From contig NZ_BCZP01000038.1 in the NCBI RefSeq assembly GCF_001598795.1, positions 1-32,000 on the forward strand: a stretch of DNA of 32,000 nt. The letters run 5' to 3'. Of the stretch, positions 1 through 8,843 are shown in pieces (position 1 is the stretch's first letter; each line of letters opens with the position of its first letter). Position numbers and translations under genes: made by a program. Source of the DNA: Delftia acidovorans NBRC 14950 (GTDB lineage: Bacteria > Pseudomonadota > Gammaproteobacteria > Burkholderiales > Burkholderiaceae_C). Below the pieces are notes generated by a model that had not been told where the DNA came from, searched no databases, and saw nothing but the letters and a program-made list of their open reading frames with translations.

Positions 1-913
1 GGTTGGCCACGATGGCGCGCATGCCGTCGGCCTCGCGGTACAGCGTTGCGCACGCGCCCGAGGCCTCCATGGCGATGTGCTCGGCCTGCAGGTTGACCAG
101 CGACCCGTCTGGCCGCGCCGAGACGATGCCGCGCGTGCTCATCCAGTGCGCGCCGTCCGTGCCGCCCGTGGCCGCGAGCCGATACCCGGCCTGCTGCTGC
201 AGCGCGCCGTACGGCAACACCGCGCGCGTGGACTGCGCCGGCAGGCCACCGGCCAGGAAATAGGTCTTGTCCGCCATCACGAACACCCCGGCCTCCACGG
301 CCGCGATGCAGGTGATGGGCGCCGGGAAGATCTCGAAGCCCCTCGACTCGTCGCGCAGGCCCGGGGTGAACGGCTCGCTGTAGATCAGTGCCGAGCCCAC
401 GGCCACCAGCAGCCGGCCGCTCTGGTAGGCGATGCTGCTGCCCGCAGGCATCTGGGAGAACTGCACATCGCCCACGACCTGCGGCTGGGCATCGAGCCAG
501 CGCGGCGTTGGGCCGGGCACGGGGTGATAGGACCCGACGCGGATGCCGTCGGTGAAGTACACGGCCTCGTTGACCTCGCAGTACACGACTGGCGTGACCC
601 GGCCGTAACCCGCTGCGACCTGGGTGCGCGTGGTGGTGCCGGCAGCGTTGACGTCAAGACGGAAGATATCGCCGCTGTCGCAGTACAGGCCATACGAGCC
701 ATCGAGCGGCGACCAGCCCGAATGGCAGTCGAGGCCCTGCTCAGCCAACGCATACCCGGCCCGCGTCTTGAGCGAGCCCTGGGCCGTCACATCGACGTTG
801 AGCGCATCACGGAGCAGGTGGCCGGCACCCTCGGGCAGCCCGAGCTTGAAGTCGGGCGCGCGGTTGTCCATTCCGAGGGGGAACGGGCCGATAGGCTTGG
901 GGGTGGATGGCAT
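1..913 (-). CDS. Virion (tail-associated?) protein of unknown function; C-terminus lies beyond the left window edge
   Basis: Manual reverse-strand translation from ATG 913..911 gives MPSTPKPIGPFPLGMDNRAPDFKLGLPEGAGHLLRDALNVDV...READGMRAIVAN. The frame stays open to position 2, so the start-to-stop ORF track does not list it. Codons are GC3-rich like the neighbours. It has the same orientation as the giant virion gene and lies downstream of it. Confidence 0.6.
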   Translation of the reverse strand, partial: MPSTPKPIGPFPLGMDNRAPDFKLGLPEGAGHLLRDALNVDVTAQGSLKTRAGYALAEQGLDCHSGWSPLDGSYGLYCDSGDIFRLDVNAAGTTTRTQVAAGYGRVTPVVYCEVNEAVYFTDGIRVGSYHPVPGPTPRWLDAQPQVVGDVQFSQMPAGSSIAYQSGRLLVAVGSALIYSEPFTPGLRDESRGFEIFPAPITCIAAVEAGVFVMADKTYFLAGGLPAQSTRAVLPYGALQQQAGYRLAATGGTDGAHWMSTRGIVSARPDGSLVNLQAEHIAMEASGACATLYREADGMRAIVAN

Positions 914-1016
914 GGCCCGATGTTCGCGGGCCGGCCCTCATTGGTCGAACCCTCCTGGGGGGTCGTGCCGCGCCGCGTGGATTGCTTTGTCACGGGCGGG
1001 CCCATACGATCCCATC

Positions 1017-1187
1017 ATGCCCGGCATCATCTTCTGGCTGCTGGTGATCGCAGCCATCCTCTTCTTCAAGCTGACCACGTCCGCCGAGCGCCGCTCGATG
1101 ATCGAGACCTACTGGCTGATCATCATCGGGCTCGGCGCCGTGGGCTTCATCTGGCAGTTCCTGCGGCAGGGCACGCTCAGTTCGTGA
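1017..1187 (+). CDS. Small (56 aa) putative two-TM membrane protein, opposite strand to flanking virion genes
   Basis: Distal part of track ORF 624..1187, starting at ATG 1017: MPGIIFWLLVIAAILFFKLTTSAERRSMIETYWLIIIGLGAVGFIWQFLRQGTLSS. It has two clean hydrophobic helices, unlike the Arg/Ala/Pro-rich artefact ORFs. It fills the 263-nt gap between minus-strand genes. No clear SD. Confidence 0.4.
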   Translation: MPGIIFWLLVIAAILFFKLTTSAERRSMIETYWLIIIGLGAVGFIWQFLRQGTLSS

Positions 1188-4100
1188 GCCCGGCCACGCG
1201 CTCGGCAATCGCGTTGCGGCGCTGCTCAATCTCGTTCAGGCGCTCGCGCTTCGCTTCCGCCGACAACAGGCGATCCCCGTCGATCTTCTTCGCGCGCTGA
1301 CCCAGCTCGGCCATCTGTTGCTTGGCGGCGCTGATGGCCATGCGGTTGCGCAGCTTCGGTCCTTCCTCTTCCTGGATGCTGCGCGCCAGCTCCACGTCGC
1401 CGGACTTGATCGCGGCCTGGTAGCTGGCCCAGGCCTGCTCCACGTCCTTGGCCTGCTCGTACATGGTGGTGACGTAGCGGCTGGAGCCTGTGGGCAGCTC
1501 CTCGACGAAGTTGCCAGCCACGAAGGTGTCGCGCAGGCGCATGGCCGGGCGCTCGCCCCGGTCAAGCATGGGGCGCGCGATGGCGTCCGTCGCACTGGTG
1601 CTGACCGTGGCCAACCAGCCGAAGTACCCGCGCAGCAGAAAGTCCACCTGCTTGGGGCTCAACCCGGAATACTCGCCCTTGGCAAGGCGCACCGGGTCCG
1701 GCAAACCCCAGGAGCCCAGCAGGCGCGCCACCTCCGAGGTGCGCTCGTTGTAGCGATCCTGCGGGCGCAGGCGCTCGTCGGCCATGCCCTCGATGGCCCG
1801 GCCGCTGAAGCTGTCCTTGTTGGCATAGACGTCCAGGAAGGGCTTGATGGCCTGGGGCGTGGGGTCCATGGCGAAGGTGTTGAACACCATGTCGCTGATG
1901 CGCTGGCCGAAGCGCTTGCCCGTCATCTCCTCGCTCATCATCAGCTCGGCCGTTCGCTCGGCCACCGTGCCGATGGCGCCCACCTCGAAGGGCTTGGGGA
2001 TGCGGAAGGCCTTGTCGCCGATCTTGAACCACCAGAAGTTGTCCCGGTCGAAGTCCTCGCGCTTCTTCCAGTCGTCGTCATCGGCATAGGCGGCCAGCAG
2101 GCCCAGGCTGGCCATGGACACGGCGCCGGCCATGGCAGCGAAGCGGCGCGGGTCCTCGCCGGCAGCACGGCCCAGCTTGTACAGGCCCTGCAGGCGCGCG
2201 TTCAGGAATGGCACGGTCTGGGCCAGGAAACGCACCGTCTCCCATTTGCCGGACATGCTGAAGTCCATCAGGTCCCGGGCCTGGAAGCTGGCCTCGGCGT
2301 GGCTCAGGCCCTTGGCGCGCAGGCGCTCGTACAGCGCCGTGCGGTTCACGTTCTCGGTGCGGTCGCCGAATTCCTCGTACACCTCCCACAGCGAGCGCAT
2401 CTGGTCCTTGAGCTTGTCGAAGCCCTGCTTGTCCAGCATGGTGCCGCCCAGGCGCTCGATCTGCCCACGCAGCTGGTTGGTGTTCTCCTGCGTGCCGAAC
2501 TTGATGATGCCGCCGCTGGCCAGCATGGAGGCGTAGGTCTGGCTGTCCTTGGCCGTGGCCTTCCAGCCCTTGGCGACGTTCTCCAGCGGGTTGTAGCTCA
2601 GGTCGCTCTGGGCGATGGCCGAGAGGCTGTCGCGGATCAGGTTGCGGATCTTGAAGGTGGGGTTCACCGTCACACCGAAGGTGAGCAGGCGCTTGAACGG
2701 CGCCATGGCCTTGACGATGCCCGGTGGCGTGTAGCTCATGGCCGAGATGGCATCAACAAGGTACGGGTCCTCGACGGCCCAGTGCTCGGCCACGCCTTCG
2801 CGCATCACCTTCACGGCGCCCTTGGTGTCGGCGGGCACTCGGTACGCCACGCCCATTTTCTCGGCCGCGTCCATGGTCGCCTGGGAGGCCCGGTTGCGCG
2901 CGGCGGCGGCATACAGGTGGCTCCAGTTCATGAGCGTGTTCTGCAGCAGATCGGCGTTGAGCTGCTGGCTCCCGCCCTTGAATTTCTTCCAGGCCTGCTG
3001 GTTCACCAGCCCGGAGCTGAAGCGCGGGCCGCGCATGCCGCCGTCCTCCTCCATGAGGCGGTAGAACGGCACATAGGGCTGGTCCTTCATCAGGTCGTAG
3101 GCGGCCTGGTCGATCAGGCCCGAGTCCCGCGCCACCTTGAGGCTGGCCTCGTTGAAGGCATTCAGCTCCCGCAGCGCGGCGGCGTACAGCGGCATGCGCG
3201 CCGTGCCATCGGCCATGCGGCCGGCATCCAGCGAGCGCAGGGCCGTAATGTCGCGGTCGGTCAGCAGGTTTTCCTTGCCTTCGGCCTTCAGGCGCTGGGC
3301 ACGCTGAGCGGCCACCCACTGGAAGAATCGGTCGTGCTCGCCCTTGAGGCTGGCCAGCACCTTGGCGAAGCCGCCGTCCTTGATGTCCACGTCATAGACG
3401 CCATCGCGCAGGTAGATCTTGCCGTAGAGCAGCGTGGCCTCGACGGCGCCGTCCGTGCCTTTGGACATGCGCGCCAGGATGTAGGCCTTCTCGCTGATCT
3501 CCTTGAGGGGGGCAAACTGGTCCACAAGCCCCTGGCGCAGTTTCGTGCCGATGTTGTGGCGCATGGCCTGTGCGCGCTCGGCCCAGGTTTGCTTCACCTG
3601 GACGCCGAAGGCATGCTCTGCGGCGCGGGCCTGCTCGGCGGTGTAGTCGCTGGCCGTGGGCGCGGCCGGCGCGGCGCGGCTGAACTGCACGCCCTGGCGG
3701 GCAGGCGCTGGCGCGGGCGCCAGTGCAGCCGGGGATGCAGCTGGAATAGAAGCCTCCTGGGCTGTGGCAGCGCCGTCCAGCTCGCCAGCGAACGCGGGGT
3801 TCTCCCGCTGCGCGATGCCGAAGGCCAGGTTCACCAGGTCCTGGCTGGCGAAGTCGCTGCGGCTGCCCGCGATCTTGGCCCAGACCTGGCGCAGCACCTT
3901 GCGCACTTGGTCCAGCCAGCGCGCCACGGTGCCAGGCTTGGCCAGGGCATTGGGGCGCACGCCCATCTCCAGCGCGACCTGCACGGCATAGGGGAAGAGC
4001 TCCTGAGTGGACAGCTCCGGGCCGGAGGCCTGCACGCGGGCCGCTGCCTCGTTGTAGACCGTTCGCTCCAGGCTGCCCTCTGGCGCGCTGGCCCAGCCGC

Positions 4101-7100
4101 CGATGGCGCCATGCAGCTGGTTCCAGCCCTCCTCGCCCAACACCGCTGGCCCGTGCTTGTGCATCAGCTCGTGCGCCACCACGCCCAGCTCGTCGCCGGC
4201 CACGATGTGGTCGGAGATGATGAACACGGTCTTGGTGTTGGGATCGTAGAAGCCCTGGGCCTTGCCGCCACCCTCTGCACCCATGGCCACGGGGCCGATC
4301 AGCGGCTCCCAGTTGGCGCGGATGTCGTCCGAGGTCGTGACCACGATGCGGCCCAGGCTGTTGGGCAGCATGCCCATGCCGCCGACCAGCTGGTTCACGG
4401 CCTGGCGCACAGAAGCGTTCGTGGCCGGATAGACCGGCGGGCGCAGTTTGCGGATCTCCCGGGCCAGTTCCTCGGGCATGTTGCGGCTGAATTCCTGGGT
4501 GCCGCTGGAGCCGGAATTGCGACTCTCAACCGACTGCGCTAAACTGAGCACGTCCTCTGCAGAGCGGCCCGGGGTTACACCGCGGGGTTGCGCGAGGGTC
4601 GTTTTAGGGTCGGCATCGCCGGCTATCTCGACGGCCCACTCCCGCTGCAGGGGATTTTTTGCGTCTAGAGCCAGCCCATCCTCACGGGCTGCTGCCTCCA
4701 GCCAGCGCTGCCCTGACGAGCTCTCACTGAGGTCCACCGCCTCCAGCGTGTAGAGCGGATTCGACAATCCCTCCAGAGCCATTTCCTTGACGGTCAGCTT
4801 CACCAGCTTGGAGCGGCCATCCACATCCATGGGCGCGAAGAAACGGTGAATGGCCACGATGTTGGGGTCGCCACTTCGATCTGCCTTGCTCCATCCGTAT
4901 GTAGCTGCGGCGAACAGACGATCAGCATTGGCCACGGCGCGGGCCTGGATCGAAGGTGATTCCGACTTGGAGACGGCCTTCCCGCTCAGCATCTTGTCCA
5001 AGTTCTTGCGCGAAACAACTGCCTGCAGGCCAGTCTGTGCATTGGTCAGCGGCTGGCCCTGAAACGCCTTGGCCGCCAGGCGCGCCTCGGCGAACGTGGT
5101 GGCACGGCGCATTGCCGGCGGCTGCGCTGCAGCGGACGCCGTTCCTTCGCTGTCCGGGCCAGGCCCACGGCTGAATTGCAGGCTGGCCTGCTGCTGGCCG
5201 GCACGCGCCGCATCAGCAGCATCCACCTCAGCCAGGATCTGCGCCAGCCTCTTGCCCTTGGGATCTATTCCCAGACCCCGGGCCACGCGGCCGGCAGGTA
5301 GCGCGCTGGATCGCCAGTTGGCCGGGCGGGCCGCTGCCCCCTGCGCTTGTCCTTGCGGGCCTGGCGCCGCGCCGCCTTGCGCGCCATTGTTGAAAGTCGT
5401 GGTGCTGGCATTCGTCAGACCTTCCTGCGCTGCAGCAGCACCAGCAGCCGGCGCGCCTGGCGCTCCAGTTGCTTGCGGAGGTTGCGCGCCAGCTTGCTGG
5501 GCTTGATCGGCTTGCGGGGCAAAGGTGGCTCCTGTGGTTTGGGTCAGGGGGCCAGGCCCAGCGGCTTCCAGGGCGCCGGGTCCGGTTGGGGAAATGGCTG
5601 CTGGGGCGGCCACGGCGGCAGCCTGTGCCTGGGCACCTTGGGCATTTGCGATCTCCTGAGCCTGCAGGGCGGCCTGCTGGGCTGCATCGAAGCCGGCATC
5701 CACGGCCATGGCAGCGCCGCGCGACAGCGGGCCGTCTGCGGGGTTGATGCCCATGCGCTCGGAAGGACGCTGCAGCGGACGCTGGGGGATCAGCGCCTCC
5801 ATGGCGGCGTTGTCCGCGAAGGGGTCCACGGCTGGTGCACGGTCGGCCGGCAGCGGCGCCGGCTCGCCCACACCCCGGAAACCCATGTAGGCATCCACCA
5901 TGCGGCGCACGCGCTGCGTCTCGGCGGTGTCCAGCGGCTGCTCTTTGATCCGGGCCAGGCCCTCGTTCAGGCCGCCCAGCACCTGGGCCGTGTTGGCAGC
6001 ACCACCGTCCAGCAGGTTCTGCAGCCCAGACAGGACGCGGCCGGTGCGGACACGCGCATCCACGGCGGCGATACCGGCATCCTCGCTGGCCTGCTGGAAC
6101 TGGCCTTGCAGCTGCACGCCCATGGCGTCTGCCGCCTGCAGCCCAGCACCAGGGGCTGGTGCACCAGCAGGATCAGCGCCCACGTTCTGGGCCAGCCACG
6201 CGTCTTCCATGGCATCGCGCACCGTGTCCACCGTCTGCTGGGTGGAGAACTGCGTGCCGTTGCGCACGGCGGCCTGGACTTCGGCCACGTAATCGGGGCT
6301 CTGCGCAGGCTGCTGGCCGTCGCCGTAGTTCTCCCACCAGCGGCGGGCCTGCTGCGCGGCAGGGTCGTTCACCTCGCGGATCGACTGGCCCATGATTTTG
6401 GCCCGCACCTCCTCCCGCTGGTCCTCGGGCAGGTTGGCCAGGTAGCTCTCCACCTCGCCCACGCGGCCGACGCTGCCGTCAGGGAAGGAGATCAGGCGCT
6501 CGGGTGTTTGGTTGCCCAGCAGCAGCGGCGCCTGCGTGGCAGCTTCCTCGGCGGGGGCCTGCTGCTCATCCTGCTGTGGCTGCTGGCCGCGCGAGTGCCC
6601 ACCCGTCAGCAGCGACGTACCGGCACCCGTGACGCCTCCCAGGGCCGCGCCCATGCCGGCCGCAGCCGCCACGCCCTTCGAGGGATCGATGCTCGGGTCG
6701 AACGGCATGGCCGCCCGCTGGCCCTCGTACTGGGTGACGCCTTCCTCGACAGCTTCCTGCGCCGCCTCGCTGGCACCAGTCTTCAGGGCGCGCGCAGCAG
6801 CACCGCCAGCAAAGCCCTTGCCGCCGGCCAGCAGGCGCTCGGCACCGAAGGCACCGCCAGCACCGCCGATCACGGCCGGCAGCACGCTGGCACCGCGCGC
6901 CGCAGAAACAGCCTGGTCCTCCGTGGCGCCGCCCTGCTTCGCCAAGTCGTAGGCCGTGCCAGCAGCATCGCCACCAGCCATCGCAGCACCAGCAGCGACA
7001 CCGCCCGCGCGGCCCGCCATCTCCACCGCCTTGCCACCAAGGCCAGCAGCGCGGCCGACCAGCCCCGCACCCTTCACCGCCAGGCCAGGACCAGCGAACG

Positions 7101-7494
7101 AGCCCGCAGCCTGCGCCGCAGCCAGCAGCGGGTTCTGCGCCACGTACTTGCCCACGGCCGCCAGCTCGCCGCCAACACCATCAGCGTCCTGCACCTCCTG
7201 CCGGAACTGCTGCTTCGAGGCCTTGACCACATCGCTCTGCGCAGCCTCGCCGGCCTGGATGATGTTCTTGTCGATCCAGCCCGAGACATCGTTGCCGGGC
7301 TTCACGAAGTTCGCAGCAGCCGAGACACCGCCGGCCGCCGCGTTCGCAGCCTCGATGGCCGTGTCGTTCAGGACGGCCAGGGGGTTGCGGGACTTGGGCT
7401 TCTCGCCATCCAGGGTGCCGTTGAAAGGCTTGAGTCCAGAAGGGTGTGCTTCAGGTGGATCAAGCTCGCCAGTGAAAGGTTTGAGGGTAGCCAT
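1177..7494 (-). CDS. Giant (2105 aa) multidomain virion-associated polyvalent-type protein with zincin HExxH motif
   Basis: Single uninterrupted ORF with ATG at 7494 preceded by a G-rich SD. N-terminus carries a duplicated LKPF(T/N)G.LD motif, followed by Gly/Ala-rich and A/Q/P low-complexity tracts. QFSR junction-like motifs occur twice. VVAHELMHKH (HELMH at about aa 1108-1112, nt 4159-4173). Large conserved-looking C-terminal half. It sits in the virion module. Confidence 0.85.
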   Translation of the reverse strand: MATLKPFTGELDPPEAHPSGLKPFNGTLDGEKPKSRNPLAVLNDTAIEAANAAAGGVSAAANFVKPGNDVSGWIDKNIIQAGEAAQSDVVKASKQQFRQEVQDADGVGGELAAVGKYVAQNPLLAAAQAAGSFAGPGLAVKGAGLVGRAAGLGGKAVEMAGRAGGVAAGAAMAGGDAAGTAYDLAKQGGATEDQAVSAARGASVLPAVIGGAGGAFGAERLLAGGKGFAGGAAARALKTGASEAAQEAVEEGVTQYEGQRAAMPFDPSIDPSKGVAAAAGMGAALGGVTGAGTSLLTGGHSRGQQPQQDEQQAPAEEAATQAPLLLGNQTPERLISFPDGSVGRVGEVESYLANLPEDQREEVRAKIMGQSIREVNDPAAQQARRWWENYGDGQQPAQSPDYVAEVQAAVRNGTQFSTQQTVDTVRDAMEDAWLAQNVGADPAGAPAPGAGLQAADAMGVQLQGQFQQASEDAGIAAVDARVRTGRVLSGLQNLLDGGAANTAQVLGGLNEGLARIKEQPLDTAETQRVRRMVDAYMGFRGVGEPAPLPADRAPAVDPFADNAAMEALIPQRPLQRPSERMGINPADGPLSRGAAMAVDAGFDAAQQAALQAQEIANAQGAQAQAAAVAAPAAISPTGPGALEAAGPGPLTQTTGATFAPQADQAQQAGAQPPQATGAPGAPAAGAAAAQEGLTNASTTTFNNGAQGGAAPGPQGQAQGAAARPANWRSSALPAGRVARGLGIDPKGKRLAQILAEVDAADAARAGQQQASLQFSRGPGPDSEGTASAAAQPPAMRRATTFAEARLAAKAFQGQPLTNAQTGLQAVVSRKNLDKMLSGKAVSKSESPSIQARAVANADRLFAAATYGWSKADRSGDPNIVAIHRFFAPMDVDGRSKLVKLTVKEMALEGLSNPLYTLEAVDLSESSSGQRWLEAAAREDGLALDAKNPLQREWAVEIAGDADPKTTLAQPRGVTPGRSAEDVLSLAQSVESRNSGSSGTQEFSRNMPEELAREIRKLRPPVYPATNASVRQAVNQLVGGMGMLPNSLGRIVVTTSDDIRANWEPLIGPVAMGAEGGGKAQGFYDPNTKTVFIISDHIVAGDELGVVAHELMHKHGPAVLGEEGWNQLHGAIGGWASAPEGSLERTVYNEAAARVQASGPELSTQELFPYAVQVALEMGVRPNALAKPGTVARWLDQVRKVLRQVWAKIAGSRSDFASQDLVNLAFGIAQRENPAFAGELDGAATAQEASIPAASPAALAPAPAPARQGVQFSRAAPAAPTASDYTAEQARAAEHAFGVQVKQTWAERAQAMRHNIGTKLRQGLVDQFAPLKEISEKAYILARMSKGTDGAVEATLLYGKIYLRDGVYDVDIKDGGFAKVLASLKGEHDRFFQWVAAQRAQRLKAEGKENLLTDRDITALRSLDAGRMADGTARMPLYAAALRELNAFNEASLKVARDSGLIDQAAYDLMKDQPYVPFYRLMEEDGGMRGPRFSSGLVNQQAWKKFKGGSQQLNADLLQNTLMNWSHLYAAAARNRASQATMDAAEKMGVAYRVPADTKGAVKVMREGVAEHWAVEDPYLVDAISAMSYTPPGIVKAMAPFKRLLTFGVTVNPTFKIRNLIRDSLSAIAQSDLSYNPLENVAKGWKATAKDSQTYASMLASGGIIKFGTQENTNQLRGQIERLGGTMLDKQGFDKLKDQMRSLWEVYEEFGDRTENVNRTALYERLRAKGLSHAEASFQARDLMDFSMSGKWETVRFLAQTVPFLNARLQGLYKLGRAAGEDPRRFAAMAGAVSMASLGLLAAYADDDDWKKREDFDRDNFWWFKIGDKAFRIPKPFEVGAIGTVAERTAELMMSEEMTGKRFGQRISDMVFNTFAMDPTPQAIKPFLDVYANKDSFSGRAIEGMADERLRPQDRYNERTSEVARLLGSWGLPDPVRLAKGEYSGLSPKQVDFLLRGYFGWLATVSTSATDAIARPMLDRGERPAMRLRDTFVAGNFVEELPTGSSRYVTTMYEQAKDVEQAWASYQAAIKSGDVELARSIQEEEGPKLRNRMAISAAKQQMAELGQRAKKIDGDRLLSAEAKRERLNEIEQRRNAIAERVAGLTN

Positions 7495-7590
7495 GCCCCC
7501 AGTGTTCCCACGCAGGGGCTGGGGCGCGAACCCTGGGCGGGGGCGTGAAGCCCTACACGGGAAGCGACGGTCAAGGCCTACCTCAGCGCC

Positions 7591-7878
7591 TCAACCCATG
7601 AGATGGGCACCAGCCATTTCAAGCATCTCTCTGTCGATCGCCAAGCCAGAGGCCGATCCAATCACCACGCTTGTCATCCCGCACTTTGGACAGCACGCAG
7701 TGGCACCGTCATCCCACCATTGGGTGATCTGCTCAGGCGGATAGACTTCACCGCAGCCTATGCAGCCGCAAGCTTCACTGCACAGCACGACATCTTTGTG
7801 GTCTTCAGCGGCTCGTTGGTAGGAATAGGGATCAATGCCTGGATCCCAGCTGCGTCCGCTCTTGAGGGTGATGGTCAT
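7591..7878 (-). CDS. Small Cys-rich (zinc-ribbon-like) protein, 95 aa
   Basis: Track ORF 7591..7938 (GTG start); the ATG at 7878 gives MTITLKSGRSWDPGIDPYSYQRAAEDHKDVVLCSEACGCIGCGEVYPPEQITQWWDDGATACCPKCGMTSVVIG... It contains CxC..CxxC and CCPxC cysteine clusters. The start codon choice (7878 vs 7938) is uncertain. Confidence 0.55.
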   Translation of the reverse strand: MTITLKSGRSWDPGIDPYSYQRAAEDHKDVVLCSEACGCIGCGEVYPPEQITQWWDDGATACCPKCGMTSVVIGSASGLAIDREMLEMAGAHLMG

Positions 7879-7934
7879 AGCACTTCGGATTCTGCGCGAT
7901 CCGCCAACGCGTACTGCGCAGTGCACAGGCAACT

Positions 7935-7961
7935 TCACACGGGCCGCGTCCGCACCTCAGC
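7935..7961. repeat. 27-bp direct repeat, copy A (TCACACGGGCCGCGTCCGCACCTCAGC)
   Basis: Identical 27-mer at 9787..9813, with weaker similarity for about 8 more nt. On the minus strand it encodes AEVRTRPV-stop, the 3' end of the 7935..8231 gene. Confidence 0.9.
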
Positions 7962-8231
7962 CGTCCAGGCAGACTGCCCTCTGGGCTGCAACGAGCCCTG
8001 ATCCGTTGCAGCGATGTGGAGGTATTCGCCCTCTCCCAACGCGCGAGCCTGCTGCGACAGCTGCTCGCGCACGTCATTGGATTCAGCGCGGAGCTTGCTG
8101 ATCACCATCTTGTTCACCTTCAGCTCGCGACAACAGCGGCAGGAAAAGTGCATCCACTTTCCATAGTCTTCGAGGAAGGCAGTGCACTGGAGGTTGCATA
8201 GGGGGCACGGGGCTTGGATGGAGTCTGGCAT
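7935..8231 (-). CDS. Small zinc-ribbon-like protein, 98 aa
   Basis: Internal ATG 8231 of track ORF 7935..8369: MPDSIQAPCPLCNLQCTAFLEDYGKWMHFSCRCCRELKV...AWTAEVRTRPV. CPLC and CRCC pairs are spaced like a zinc ribbon. The region upstream of 8231 is AT-richer and looks non-coding. Confidence 0.55.
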   Translation of the reverse strand: MPDSIQAPCPLCNLQCTAFLEDYGKWMHFSCRCCRELKVNKMVISKLRAESNDVREQLSQQARALGEGEYLHIAATDQGSLQPRGQSAWTAEVRTRPV

Positions 8232-8502
8232 GGCTGCACCCTGAAGAAATACTGAGCGAAAGAAACTCTGAACCTGTTGTACCGCACCTGTGCGGTCCAA
8301 AACGAAATGACGAGGTAGGGGTTGGCCTAAGAGCGGCGGGCATGCTGATTGCCGCCTGTACAGCCTCACAGCCTGGAAGAAGATACATATTGGTACAAGA
8401 CCCGAAAGAACGGTAGCATGCGCTCACATTTAACCAATAGAAAGCGTAGTGACATGCGAGTATCAATAACTCCTGCCGTTGCCAATTCGGCAGAGGGTCC
8501 AC

Positions 8503-8757
8503 ATGGATGAGTGCAAGCCGGGCCAGGACAGCGACCAACAACCCCAGTGGTCGCCTACGGGAGCACTGGCCCTGCTTATTTTGGGAGCGCTTGCGATAGC
8601 TGCGGCGATTTGGCTCATGGCAAAGCAGCACCGCACCCTGCCTTGGCAACTGCGAGCCGCAGCCATTGCCGCACCGGCAACAGAAGCTTCGCCGCCAGCC
8701 GCAGCTGCCGAAATGCAATGCCCAAATCAGAACTGGACTGCAGGCCAACGCACGTGA
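8503..8757 (+). CDS. Small single-TM membrane protein, 84 aa
   Basis: ATG 8503 preceded by GAGGG SD (cagagggtccacATG): MDECKPGQDSDQQPQWSPTGALALLILGALAIAAAIWLMAKQH... It has one strong hydrophobic helix. The stop TGA 8755-8757 overlaps an ATG at 8757. Confidence 0.5.
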   Translation: MDECKPGQDSDQQPQWSPTGALALLILGALAIAAAIWLMAKQHRTLPWQLRAAAIAAPATEASPPAAAAEMQCPNQNWTAGQRT

Positions 8758-8843
8758 TGAGCTTCTGGCGCAGGGCTGGGTCCAGAAACGACGAAGCCCG
8801 CGCGAGACACCCCCAGGATGGTGCCGCCCGGGTCCTGAATAGA

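Noticed and set aside
77-1300. 407-aa + strand ORF at the left edge
   Set aside because: It is antisense to the open minus-strand frame 1..913, which has a sensible protein sequence. The + product is Arg/Ala/His-rich and low-complexity, so it is a likely artefact. Only the unrelated frame at 1017..1187 looks protein-like.
1318-7548. Very long + strand ORFs (1318..4542, 1074 aa; 5347..7548, 733 aa), plus many shorter ones, antisense to the giant gene
   Set aside because: Their products are Arg/Ala/Gly/His/Leu-rich with no motifs or SDs, and they lie entirely within the coherent 2105-aa minus-strand gene. They are typical shadow ORFs of high-GC DNA.
8473-8495. Hairpin CTGCCG-N9-CGGCAG just upstream of the 84-aa gene, superficially like the CRISPR repeat stem (CTGCC..GGCAG)
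   Set aside because: Loop size and flanks differ from the I-F repeat, and the AGAAA handle is absent. The resemblance is limited to 5-6 GC-rich bases and could easily be chance. Worth only a glance if Cas6f CLIP data ever exist.
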